The notes beneath the pieces were generated by a model that did no database searches, was not told the DNA's origin, and saw only the letters and a list, made by a program, of their open reading frames with translations. Made by a program: the position numbers and the translations under genes. Shown here in pieces: positions 11,886 through 19,453 of a DNA stretch of 32,000 nucleotides. The stretch comes from Sedimentisphaera cyanobacteriorum (GTDB taxonomy: Bacteria > Planctomycetota > Phycisphaerae > Sedimentisphaerales > Sedimentisphaeraceae). Within the stretch, counting starts at the first letter, position 1; each line of letters starts with the position of its first letter. Where the stretch lies: positions 1 to 32,000 of the forward strand of contig NZ_CP019633.1 of the NCBI RefSeq assembly GCF_001997385.1. Reading direction: 5' to 3'.

Positions 11886-12242
11886 AAGAATCCCTTTCTA
11901 ATAAAACAAATTTCAAGTTTTGCCATGAAAAACTAAAGTCTCCTTATCATATTAGAACTAATATTCAAATGAAAAATTTAATCTGAAACAAAAAAAAACT
12001 GATTATTAGAAATTTCTAACATAAGCTCATATCTATCAGGCACTTAAACAATAATTCCAAAACTAAGTTATCATTATATTTTTACAAAAAACAATTTGTA
12101 AAGTATTATTACTTAAAATGCTTTTTAAGATTTCTGTTTTTGCTGAAGTTATTTGCGGCCAAATTTATGTTATCAATTACTTTAAATTTCCGGCGAATTC
12201 GCAATAATGAATTGAGATTTTTGCGGAAAATGGAAATAAAAA

Positions 12243-14153
12243 ATGCTGGGTAAAATGAAAAATTTGAAAAATATAGATAAATATATGGCTATTTCGCTGC
12301 GTGATATAGTTTTTATTATCATTATCCTTGTACCGTTTATTCTCGGTAAATATTGCGAATTCAATATTCCAGGCCCGTTCGACAGCGGCTCAAATGTGTA
12401 TTCGGCAAAGCACATCCTCGAAGGTGCTCAAATCGGTATTGAAGAAGACCCCAGCGCTCAGGTTGGCACGCTGCTTATGAATATGCTTGGCGTACAGCTT
12501 TTCGGTTTCAACGATTTAGGCCCTAAGATAGTGCAGGGTTTCTTTCAGCTTATAGGGCTCGGGCTTATGTATTACAGCATCAGGCGCGTTTTCGGCGTTT
12601 TGCCGGCATTCTTTTCCGCATTCGCTGCCGGCTTTTTCATCTCGGCCCCTCTGATAGCCAAATACGGCAACGTAAAAGAGCAGTTTATGACGGCCTTTAT
12701 GCTTGCCGGAATTGCCCTGTTTGTTTTATATCTGAAAACAGATAAACGCATATTTGCAGTGCTTGCGGGCGGCTTTCTAGGCTGGGCGCCTCTTTTCAAG
12801 ATTACAGGCTTCTCTGCAATCGGCGCATTAGCAGTGTTTTTCCTTTCAAGCCTTATTTTTAGATGGAAAACATTCAAGCAGCTTTTAACGCACGGTGCTC
12901 TTCTGCTTGCGGGTTTTTTGATTTTTGCAGGCCCTGTATGGATATGGATAAATGCCTCGGGCGCACAAATCAGCACGCCGTATAAATCAGCTTTGGTTCG
13001 TGTTATGCCGGATTTCGGCTCTGACAGCCCCGTCCCGGAGAAGCAAAAGTCCGCGGGGGATGTTGATAAGCAGGCTGAAGCAGAGAAAAAAGAAGAATCT
13101 GCGGGCAGTTATGTCGAACGTACAAGGAAAACGCGGAGCTACAGCGAGCATGCACCTGTAGTTTTCAGGTATTACGGTCTTTTAATCCTGCCCATAGGTC
13201 TTGCTGCTGTTTCGATAATTCTTGCCAAAATACGGTTTTTAAGGGCTTGGCTTTCAAAAAAGAGCAGTATCGAGCTAAGCCTTCCTGATAAGCTTACAGT
13301 TCTGTTAGTTTGCTGGTGGCTTCTGGATATGGCCCTTGTATGGGTGAGCACGCGTCCATACGAGCAGTATTACATTCCCCTCACGGCCTCCGGAGCGTTT
13401 GCAGGGGCATACGTGCTTTACCGCATCTTTGAATGGTGCAGAGGCAAAGGCAGGAAGTTTACTGTTGGCGGATTTGCTGCATCTGCAGCGGTTTTCTGGA
13501 TATTCTGCTCGCCGATATTTGCAGGCATCAGCCAAAGCCCCTACAGCGGCAAATCCTACGGCGAAGGCGTTAAACGCAAAGGTTACATCCAGCGAATGGA
13601 GCAGGCCAGTACTCATCGCCAAGGACGTATTGCGCCTTGGGAGATTGTAGGGCTGTTTATAAAAAACAACACCTCCCCAGACCAGCGAACTTACGTGTGG
13701 GGCTGGTATCCGGGGATTTACGTAAAAGCACAGAGGCTCTCAGTATGCAAAAAGGCCTTTCAGAGCGATATGCACACTCTGCCTGCCTCAACGCTTGAAA
13801 AGATGGCTGATAATTTCATCCGCCAGTTTGAAAAGCACAAGCCCAAATATATCGTGGATTCCCGCAAGAGGCACTTCCCGCACGACCGCCCGCCTTTGGA
13901 ATTCTGGCCTTCCACACCTAAAGGGTTTCTGCCGGCAAACGAAAGGGCGGTTCAAAGCTATGAGAAGGCCTATTCAAATGTTCTTGCAGAAAGAATTGAG
14001 CCTGAAGAGGCAGAGCGGTTTGAGGCATTCTCTCAGCTGAGAGAATATATCAGGGAAAATTATCAAATAGTTGATAAAGACGGCTATAAATTCACCAATA
14101 CCGGGCCGAGAAGCAAACGTTTCGGCCAGATGGTCGTATTCAGAAGAAAATAG
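12243..14153 (+). CDS. Polytopic GT-C-fold membrane glycosyltransferase-like protein (GT39/GT83, ArnT/PMT-like)
   Basis: 636 aa with about 10 or more hydrophobic segments. The N-terminal region resembles GT39/83 proteins (loop with D/E residues, then LFGFNDLGPKIVQGFFQLIGLGLMYYSIRRVFG). A charged loop sits at aa 250-300 and a soluble C-terminal domain follows. The start is uncertain because in-frame ATGs occur at 12243, 12255 and 12285 and none has a strong SD. Confidence 0.5.
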   Translation: MLGKMKNLKNIDKYMAISLRDIVFIIIILVPFILGKYCEFNIPGPFDSGSNVYSAKHILEGAQIGIEEDPSAQVGTLLMNMLGVQLFGFNDLGPKIVQGFFQLIGLGLMYYSIRRVFGVLPAFFSAFAAGFFISAPLIAKYGNVKEQFMTAFMLAGIALFVLYLKTDKRIFAVLAGGFLGWAPLFKITGFSAIGALAVFFLSSLIFRWKTFKQLLTHGALLLAGFLIFAGPVWIWINASGAQISTPYKSALVRVMPDFGSDSPVPEKQKSAGDVDKQAEAEKKEESAGSYVERTRKTRSYSEHAPVVFRYYGLLILPIGLAAVSIILAKIRFLRAWLSKKSSIELSLPDKLTVLLVCWWLLDMALVWVSTRPYEQYYIPLTASGAFAGAYVLYRIFEWCRGKGRKFTVGGFAASAAVFWIFCSPIFAGISQSPYSGKSYGEGVKRKGYIQRMEQASTHRQGRIAPWEIVGLFIKNNTSPDQRTYVWGWYPGIYVKAQRLSVCKKAFQSDMHTLPASTLEKMADNFIRQFEKHKPKYIVDSRKRHFPHDRPPLEFWPSTPKGFLPANERAVQSYEKAYSNVLAERIEPEEAERFEAFSQLREYIRENYQIVDKDGYKFTNTGPRSKRFGQMVVFRRK

Positions 14154-14217
14154 TTTTGGCAGAAATATCTCTGTGTTTGTATGAAAATGTTTGAGTATTT
14201 GTTTTGTTTAGGATTTT

Positions 14218-15009
14218 ATGAAAAGCGTTAAAACTGACTGGGAAAAGTATGCTTTAAAAGAAGCTTATTACTCGGTTACCACAAACTACAAGTACAGAAA
14301 TGAGAATCTCAGCGATGAAGTTAAAGATGATTTTTTCATTGAAGCAAAGCAGTATGCCGAAAAGCTGACAGCTGTTATCAGAACACATTTAGTGAAAGAT
14401 TTTGCGCCGAAGCGTATTCTTGATTTCGGCTGCGGGGTAGGTAGAACATCAATCCTGTTTACAGAGCTTGCTGAAGAGGTGGTGGGTACGGATGTCTCTG
14501 AGAATATGCTCAGGGAAGCGGAAAAGAATAAGCACCGGCGCGGGGCGGATAATTTGAATCTTATTCAAACCGGCAGCGATCTGTCAAACATTCAGGGAAG
14601 ATTCGATTTCGTGCATTCGCTTTACGTGTTCCAGCACATTCCTTTGAGCGAGGGGCGAAAGCTTTTAACGCAATTGCTCGATAAGCTTGAGGACAATGGC
14701 GTTATAGCATTTCATATTCTCTATGCTAATGAGCTTTCGTTGCTGAAGCGTATTTCTTACTGGCTGAGATTGCACATACCCTGCATAAAAAACGTTTTGA
14801 ATCTCATTAGAAGAAAGCCTTGGGATGCACCTATGATGCAGCTCAACAGCTATCCTGTAAACGATATCGCCGAAGACTTAAAACAGGCCGGCTGCTTGCA
14901 TTTCTATTCGCGATACACAAATCACGCCGGCTATAAGGGGCTTTTTATATTCGCCCAGAAAACCCGCCTCGATGAAGAAAACGTTACTGATTTAGGTGAG
15001 ATTCCTTAA
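14218..15009 (+). CDS. Class I SAM-dependent methyltransferase
   Basis: 263 aa. Motif I is ILDFGCGVGRTS, the acidic post-I residue is in VGTDVSENML, and the motif II/III region is FDFVHSLYVFQHIP...LEDNGVIAF. An SD-like TAGGA lies upstream of the ATG. The gene starts 64 bp after the GT-C gene. Confidence 0.8.
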   Translation: MKSVKTDWEKYALKEAYYSVTTNYKYRNENLSDEVKDDFFIEAKQYAEKLTAVIRTHLVKDFAPKRILDFGCGVGRTSILFTELAEEVVGTDVSENMLREAEKNKHRRGADNLNLIQTGSDLSNIQGRFDFVHSLYVFQHIPLSEGRKLLTQLLDKLEDNGVIAFHILYANELSLLKRISYWLRLHIPCIKNVLNLIRRKPWDAPMMQLNSYPVNDIAEDLKQAGCLHFYSRYTNHAGYKGLFIFAQKTRLDEENVTDLGEIP

Positions 15010-15031
15010 TCCTGTCTAAGCTGCTTTGAAA

Positions 15032-16969
15032 TTAGAAGCTGTCCACAGGCGAAGGGTGTTTGCCTGCAGCAAAGGCCTCGGTGCTTGTAATTATTGAGCC
15101 CACAGTTCCGCTGAGCCTCTGGCCTTTAAGTTCGCTGATTCGCTTTTTAAGCTTTCTTACCTCAGGGAGCAGTTCTTTCACCTTTTCTCTGTCCAGCAGG
15201 CGAATATTTCTCATTGCGCTCAAAACGAGGATGCAGTGCTCTTCATGCAGACCTGATATAAGGATGTCTTTGGCTTTCTTCGAATCTTTTTTATTCAGGG
15301 TAAGCTTTGCGGCCTCATACCTTATGTATGGTGCAGGGTCTTCCAGCATAGGCTCTATTTCTGCAAAAACCTTGTCTTTCCCCCAGTCTTGCGATTCAAG
15401 CCCGATAAGTCCCCAGTACCTCACTGCCGGCTCATCATCTTTGAGCGCCTTCAGCTGCTTGGGCAGTACTTCTCTTCCCTTCCCGGACAGCTCTGCGACA
15501 CGCATTATCTTCTCGAGCGGATAAACTCGGCTGTGGTCTTTGAATTCGAAAGGCGTGAACTTCCCGCCTCTGGTCTGGATTTCCCACGGATGAAGGAAGT
15601 GCAGGTCGCGTATTTCGAGGATCTTGTTTTGGTTTATGCTCCTCATTTTCTCGAGGATTGTTTCATAGCCGGTTTTTTCAGCGAGATTATGTACATTCCA
15701 AGGATCGAATTTATGGTCGTAAAGAGCTTCTGGAGCTCTTCCTGAAGACATATATCTCTCAGCGGCCTCTTTTAGTTCTCCCTGTTTGTGGTAATCCCGC
15801 AGCAGATGCATTATTTCAGCCCCGTCGCAGTATCTCTGGGGCTGGGCATATCCAAGATGAGGCATATAATTTCGCACGTAGGTGTATCTGCCGTCCGATA
15901 CTGTTCTGCTGTGCTGCTCGGCCGTACCTACAATATTCGTGCTTCCGAAAATAAACTCTTTGTCTATCTTTTTCGGTCCGAGCACTGGCGCTCCGGACAT
16001 ATTGCCGGGAATCTTAGAGCCGGTTATATTCAGCACTGTCGGCCCAAGGTCCACAAAGCTAACCAGCTTGTCTGTTTTGGTTCCGGGTTTAAGCTTCACA
16101 AGATTCCTGTATTTCTCAGGCACCCTCACAATCAGAGGCACTCTCAGACCCAGCCCGAGCGGATTGGTTTTGAATCGGGGCATACCCTCGCCGTGGTCTG
16201 CGAAGAAAAATATTATTGTATCTTCGTAAAGACCGTCTTCTTTCAGTTTATCGAGCAGCTCGCCGATCTGCCGGTCAACAAGCGTAATGCAGTCGTACAT
16301 TCTCGCATAGGCTTTCCGAACCTCAGGCGTGTCGTGGTAGAATGGCGGAACCTTAACTTCTTCAGGTTTTGTGATTTCTTCAGGGGAAAGCTGAGATTGT
16401 ATATTTTTCTTGAATCTTTCATAAGAATTTACTGACACGCGGGACTGATGGCTGTCCATGAAGTTTTTAACGTGGAAAAAAGGCTGTCCGGGCTTTCTGT
16501 TACGCCAAGTTGCTTTGCCGCTGGATTCGTCCCATGTGCGGTTTTTCCAGTGCCAGGCGTCTTTGAAATTGTAGTCTGTTTTCTTGTTGTTGGTGCAGTA
16601 GTATCCGTTTTTTCTTAAGTAAACAGGGAAGCCTTTTACTGAATCAGGTATTTCAACAGCGCTTCTGTGATTCCCTCCGCCGAGCTGGCCTACGTGCATA
16701 CCTGTGATAAGCGCTGTTCTCGCAGGCGAGCATACAGGTGAATTGGCAAAGGCGTTTGTGAAAAGCGTGCCCTCTTCTGCGAGATTGTCAACGTTTGGGG
16801 TTTTGGCAACTTCATCGCCGTAGCAGCCGAAAAACAAAGATGTGTCTTCAATAGTTATCCACAAAATATTTGGTTTTGAGGTGGCCTCAGCAAAAACAGA
16901 AGATGTGTTCAAAGCAGCTAAGGAAACAGCAAAACTGCCCGTAGTTTTTAGAAATAAACGCCTGTTCAT
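15032..16969 (-). CDS. Cys-type sulfatase (formylglycine-dependent) with Tat signal peptide and C-terminal HEAT-like repeat domain
   Basis: 645 aa. The N-terminus NRRLFLKTTGSFAVSLAALNTSSVFA matches the twin-arginine consensus (S/T)RRxFLK. The sulfatase signature is SPVCSPARTALITGMH (CxPxR), and FFADHGE is present. The C-terminal ~150 aa carries HEAT/PBS-lyase-like repeats (DDEPAVRYWGLIGL, EDPAPYIRYEAAKLTL). An SD-like TAGGAG lies upstream of the ATG. Confidence 0.9.
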   Translation of the reverse strand: MNRRLFLKTTGSFAVSLAALNTSSVFAEATSKPNILWITIEDTSLFFGCYGDEVAKTPNVDNLAEEGTLFTNAFANSPVCSPARTALITGMHVGQLGGGNHRSAVEIPDSVKGFPVYLRKNGYYCTNNKKTDYNFKDAWHWKNRTWDESSGKATWRNRKPGQPFFHVKNFMDSHQSRVSVNSYERFKKNIQSQLSPEEITKPEEVKVPPFYHDTPEVRKAYARMYDCITLVDRQIGELLDKLKEDGLYEDTIIFFFADHGEGMPRFKTNPLGLGLRVPLIVRVPEKYRNLVKLKPGTKTDKLVSFVDLGPTVLNITGSKIPGNMSGAPVLGPKKIDKEFIFGSTNIVGTAEQHSRTVSDGRYTYVRNYMPHLGYAQPQRYCDGAEIMHLLRDYHKQGELKEAAERYMSSGRAPEALYDHKFDPWNVHNLAEKTGYETILEKMRSINQNKILEIRDLHFLHPWEIQTRGGKFTPFEFKDHSRVYPLEKIMRVAELSGKGREVLPKQLKALKDDEPAVRYWGLIGLESQDWGKDKVFAEIEPMLEDPAPYIRYEAAKLTLNKKDSKKAKDILISGLHEEHCILVLSAMRNIRLLDREKVKELLPEVRKLKKRISELKGQRLSGTVGSIITSTEAFAAGKHPSPVDSF

Positions 16970-17245
16970 TGTAAATGCTCCTATATGTTAATCAAATAAG
17001 ACTCAGTCAGATTAAAATTAAAATATGAGTAATGTCAAGGCTAATATATACGTTATTACTTTTATATATGTTTCAAGTTTGCATTACAGGCAGAAATTAT
17101 TCCTCCAGCAAAACTGGCTGGGTTTTGATATTTAGAGGGTGATGTTTAGCCCTCGGCTTTGGTATAGAATGCCAAATGACAGGAGGACAATTCGCATCCA
17201 GAGCAGTGAAATTTAGGGGCATAAAAAATAAGCATTGTTAAAAGC

Positions 17246-17273
17246 TTGCAAGATATATTTGTAAAGTTATAAT
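17246..17273 (+). promoter_or_regulatory. Candidate sigma70-like promoter for the 17343 gene
   Basis: TTGCAA (17246-17251), a 16-nt spacer, then TATAAT (17268-17273), about 70 nt upstream of the ATG at 17343. This is a sequence match only, and the promoter consensus of this organism is unknown. Confidence 0.35.
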
Positions 17274-17342
17274 CGATTTATATAATTGCTATTTTGTGTT
17301 TGGCCAGTAATTCGAACTACGTAGTTAAGATAAGGATTTGCA

Positions 17343-18536
17343 ATGTCCGAAAATTATTATACTCTTGAACAAGCCGCAGAAAAGCTCGGTAAGACCCAAG
17401 AGCAGCTTAAGGAGTTTGCCAAGGTTAACGACATCAGCGAAATGAGGGACGGCTCAAAGATTTTCTATAATAAAGAAGATATTGATTCTCTTGCCCAAAA
17501 GCAGGTTGATGATGATAATCTCAATGTTGAAGATTCTGTAATCGGTCTTGATGAAGAAAGCTCGCTTGGCGGCTTAGATTCTCTGGATGATGACAAATCC
17601 GAGGATGATCAGGGCGAGGAAGTTAATATTGATGAAGATATGGAACAGATGATAGAGCTCTCAGATGCGGATACAGCAGTTGGGAAGGATTCTCCGGATT
17701 CAGAATCTGATGAGTCTGAAGGCAAGGAAGACGATGCAAGCTTCTCTGATGACAGCCTGCTTTCCTTGGCGGACACCATGGCTAACGAAAATGAAGAAGG
17801 CCAGAGCTCACAGGGCTCAAATAATCAGCAGGCCTCTAATGAAGAACAGAATTCCTCAGACCAGAAGGACGAAAGCTCAAAAGACCAGCAGGGTGAACAG
17901 CAGATAGATGCAGATGCTGATATGGGCTCAGATGAGGAGGGTTCTGGAATATTAGACCTTTCCCTGCAGGCAGATGATTCCCAGCTCGGTGCGGTTCTCG
18001 ATGATATTCTTCCCGGCGATGAAGGCGGCGGCGGGGGAGACGACGATTTCGGTGATTTCGATGTTGGCGCTATTGAGGAAGGCGAAGACCAGCAGAAGGC
18101 AGAGCCCGAACAGGACGAGGCTCCTGAGGCCGCAGAAGTTGAAGCAGAGCAGACCGAGGGGCAGGATGATTTGAGCTATCCGGAAGTGCAGCCAGAGCCC
18201 GAACCGGCAGCTGCAAGTGCGCCGGCGGCTGCAGCAGCAGCCTCATCAGCAGAAGAGGGCACAAGCTTCGGCTTTGCTATGCTTCTGCCTTTCATCGCAG
18301 TGGTTATGACAATTGTTATCCTTGCCGGATTGGCAGTGAATGGTTCAGAGCCGCTTTTTGTTCCTTTTGTGCAGCAGTACTTTGTTTATATTGCAGGCGG
18401 TTTGGCCGTAGTTACCCTTATAATTGGGCTTTCCGGTGCTTTCTCCGGAGGTTCTGCAAGCGGGAAAAAGGCCGGCGGCAAGAAGTCTTCGAAAAAGGAA
18501 AAGAAAACCAAAGGCAAGAAGAAGAAAAAGAAATAA
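17343..18536 (+). CDS. Hypothetical membrane protein: N-terminal HTH-like domain, long poly-acidic disordered region, two TM helices, poly-lysine tail
   Basis: 397 aa. Residues 1-54 resemble excisionase/MerR-type HTH domains (YYTLEQAAEKLGKTQEQLKEFAK...). Residues 55-290 contain 82 D/E, 6 K and no R. Two hydrophobic helices are present (FGFAMLLPFIAVVMTIVILAGLAV and YFVYIAGGLAVVTLIIGLSGAF). The last 23 aa contain 15 Lys. An SD-like AAGGA lies 6 nt upstream of the ATG. Confidence 0.6.
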   Translation: MSENYYTLEQAAEKLGKTQEQLKEFAKVNDISEMRDGSKIFYNKEDIDSLAQKQVDDDNLNVEDSVIGLDEESSLGGLDSLDDDKSEDDQGEEVNIDEDMEQMIELSDADTAVGKDSPDSESDESEGKEDDASFSDDSLLSLADTMANENEEGQSSQGSNNQQASNEEQNSSDQKDESSKDQQGEQQIDADADMGSDEEGSGILDLSLQADDSQLGAVLDDILPGDEGGGGGDDDFGDFDVGAIEEGEDQQKAEPEQDEAPEAAEVEAEQTEGQDDLSYPEVQPEPEPAAASAPAAAAAASSAEEGTSFGFAMLLPFIAVVMTIVILAGLAVNGSEPLFVPFVQQYFVYIAGGLAVVTLIIGLSGAFSGGSASGKKAGGKKSSKKEKKTKGKKKKKK

Positions 18537-18551
18537 AATTAGCCAAAGTAT

Positions 18552-18576
18552 GCTTCGGAATTGATGCGAAGCTTTT
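18552..18576 (+). terminator. Weak hairpin plus T-run between the two genes (possible attenuator or partial terminator)
   Basis: GCTTCG / 9-nt loop / CGAAGC followed by TTTT. The stem is only 6 bp. An alternative hairpin GAAGC-TTTTA-GCTTC overlaps it. Confidence 0.35.
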
Positions 18577-18610
18577 AGCTTCTGAATTTGTAGACAAGAG
18601 AGGATGCGCG

Positions 18611-19384
18611 ATGAAGTATGGTATTGTAACAGTTTTAGCTGCGTTTGCTTTTATGCTTAGTGGATGTGTTTCACAAGGGGCATACGACAGCCTGAAAATG
18701 AAAAATGAAACACAGAGCGAGAGAATCTCAGAGCTTGAATCAAAGTATAACTCTGCAAAGCTCGAGCTCCAGCAGCTCAGGGAAAAACTCGAAACTGCAA
18801 GGGAGCTTGAAAATGCAGGCGAGCAGGCCGCTCAGGAAGAAATAAAGCTTCTTGAAGAAGCGCTTAAAGAGAAAAATGAGCTCGTTAAAAAGCTTCAGAA
18901 ACAGCTTCTTGAAGGCGGTGTAAAGCTTCCGGCAGAGCTGAACGTTATGCTTGAGGAGTTCGCTTCAGCCAACCCTGATCTTGTTACTTTCGATTCAGAG
19001 AGAGGCGTTGTGAAATTCAAGAGCGACTTAACTTTCGCTCCGGGCAGTGATAATATAAATTCTCAGGCAAAAGAGGCTATCTCAAAGTTCTGCGGGATTG
19101 TGAAATCAGAGCAGGCCGAGAAGTTTGATATAGTTATCGCAGGCCATACCGACGATATGAAGATTTCAAAGCCCTCTACCAAACGTGAGCACCCAACCAA
19201 CTGGCATCTTTCGGCGCACAGGGCAATCTCTGTTCTTCAGAGTATGATGAATGAAAGCGTAACCCCCGAGAGGCTCAGCGTACGGGGCTACGGCGAATAC
19301 AGGCCGGTTGCTCCAAACAAGCCCAATAACGGCGGAAACGTTAAGAACAGGCGGGTAGAAATCTATATAGTCCCGCAGGGCTGA
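18611..19384 (+). CDS. OmpA/MotB-like peptidoglycan-binding lipoprotein with N-terminal coiled coil
   Basis: 257 aa with signal peptide and lipobox (FAFMLSGC). A ~90-aa heptad-rich Glu/Lys/Leu segment follows (ELESKYNSAKLELQQLREKLETARELE...). The C-terminal OmpA_C-like domain carries AGHTDD, NWHLSAHRAISV and NRRVEIYIV. An SD-like GAGAGGA lies 6 nt upstream of the ATG. Confidence 0.8.
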   Translation: MKYGIVTVLAAFAFMLSGCVSQGAYDSLKMKNETQSERISELESKYNSAKLELQQLREKLETARELENAGEQAAQEEIKLLEEALKEKNELVKKLQKQLLEGGVKLPAELNVMLEEFASANPDLVTFDSERGVVKFKSDLTFAPGSDNINSQAKEAISKFCGIVKSEQAEKFDIVIAGHTDDMKISKPSTKREHPTNWHLSAHRAISVLQSMMNESVTPERLSVRGYGEYRPVAPNKPNNGGNVKNRRVEIYIVPQG

Positions 19385-19420
19385 GCTCAGAAGTAAGCTT
19401 ATAAAGTATTGAAAAACCAG

Positions 19421-19453
19421 ACCCTTCCTTCAGATATGATGGAAGGGTTTTTT
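19421..19453. terminator. Bidirectional rho-independent terminator between convergent genes
   Basis: ACCCTTCC / 12-nt loop / GGAAGGGT followed by TTTTT on the + strand. On the - strand the same stem is followed by CTGGTTTTT. It abuts the stop codon of the AsmA-like gene (19452-19454). Confidence 0.7.

Noticed and set aside
12094-12104. Recurring TTTGTAAA-type motif upstream of several genes: 12095-12102 before the GT-C gene, 17257-17264 before the 17343 gene, the minus strand near 7744-7751 before murA, and also at 2255-2262. It was considered as a shared promoter element.
   Set aside because: It is an AT-rich 7-8-mer in AT-rich spacers. Its distance to the start codons is inconsistent, and one copy (2255) has no downstream gene on its strand. 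The evidence is insufficient without genome-wide enrichment statistics.
12182-12415. A 77-aa minus-strand ORF overlapping the 5' end of the GT-C gene and the promoter spacer.
   Set aside because: It has no SD and its sequence is AT-driven low complexity. It overlaps the better-supported + strand membrane protein and is likely spurious.
16855-16863. A second exact DnaA-box 9-mer (TTATCCACA) on the + strand.
   Set aside because: It lies inside the sulfatase coding sequence, where the minus strand reads TGG ATA ACT for W-I-T of NILWITIEDT. It has no neighbouring boxes or AT-rich element, so it is most simply a chance occurrence dictated by codons.
17026-17142. A 38-codon ORF (MSNVKANIYVITF...) and a 24-codon ORF (ATG 17143) in the sulfatase / 17343 spacer.
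   Set aside because: Neither has an adequately spaced SD or any recognisable features. They are not callable as genes from sequence alone and are mentioned only in the context of the orphan hairpin finding.
17343-17510. The excisionase-like HTH at the start of the 17343 gene, considered as a hint of a prophage or integrative element.
   Set aside because: The window contains no integrase, recombinase, att-like direct repeats, tRNA target or phage genes. The HTH is fused to a membrane protein, so a mobile-element interpretation is unsupported.
17500-18260. Apparent repetitive DNA (GAT/GAA/GAG-rich, GCAGCAGCAGC runs), considered as a possible tandem repeat, VNTR or CRISPR-like array.
   Set aside because: I could find no repeat unit of fixed length or any spacer structure. 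The pattern is codon-level compositional bias from the poly-Asp/Glu/Ala coding region. The alternative-frame ORFs (17665-17907 and 17974-18174) are basic-residue artefacts of frame-shifting acidic codons.
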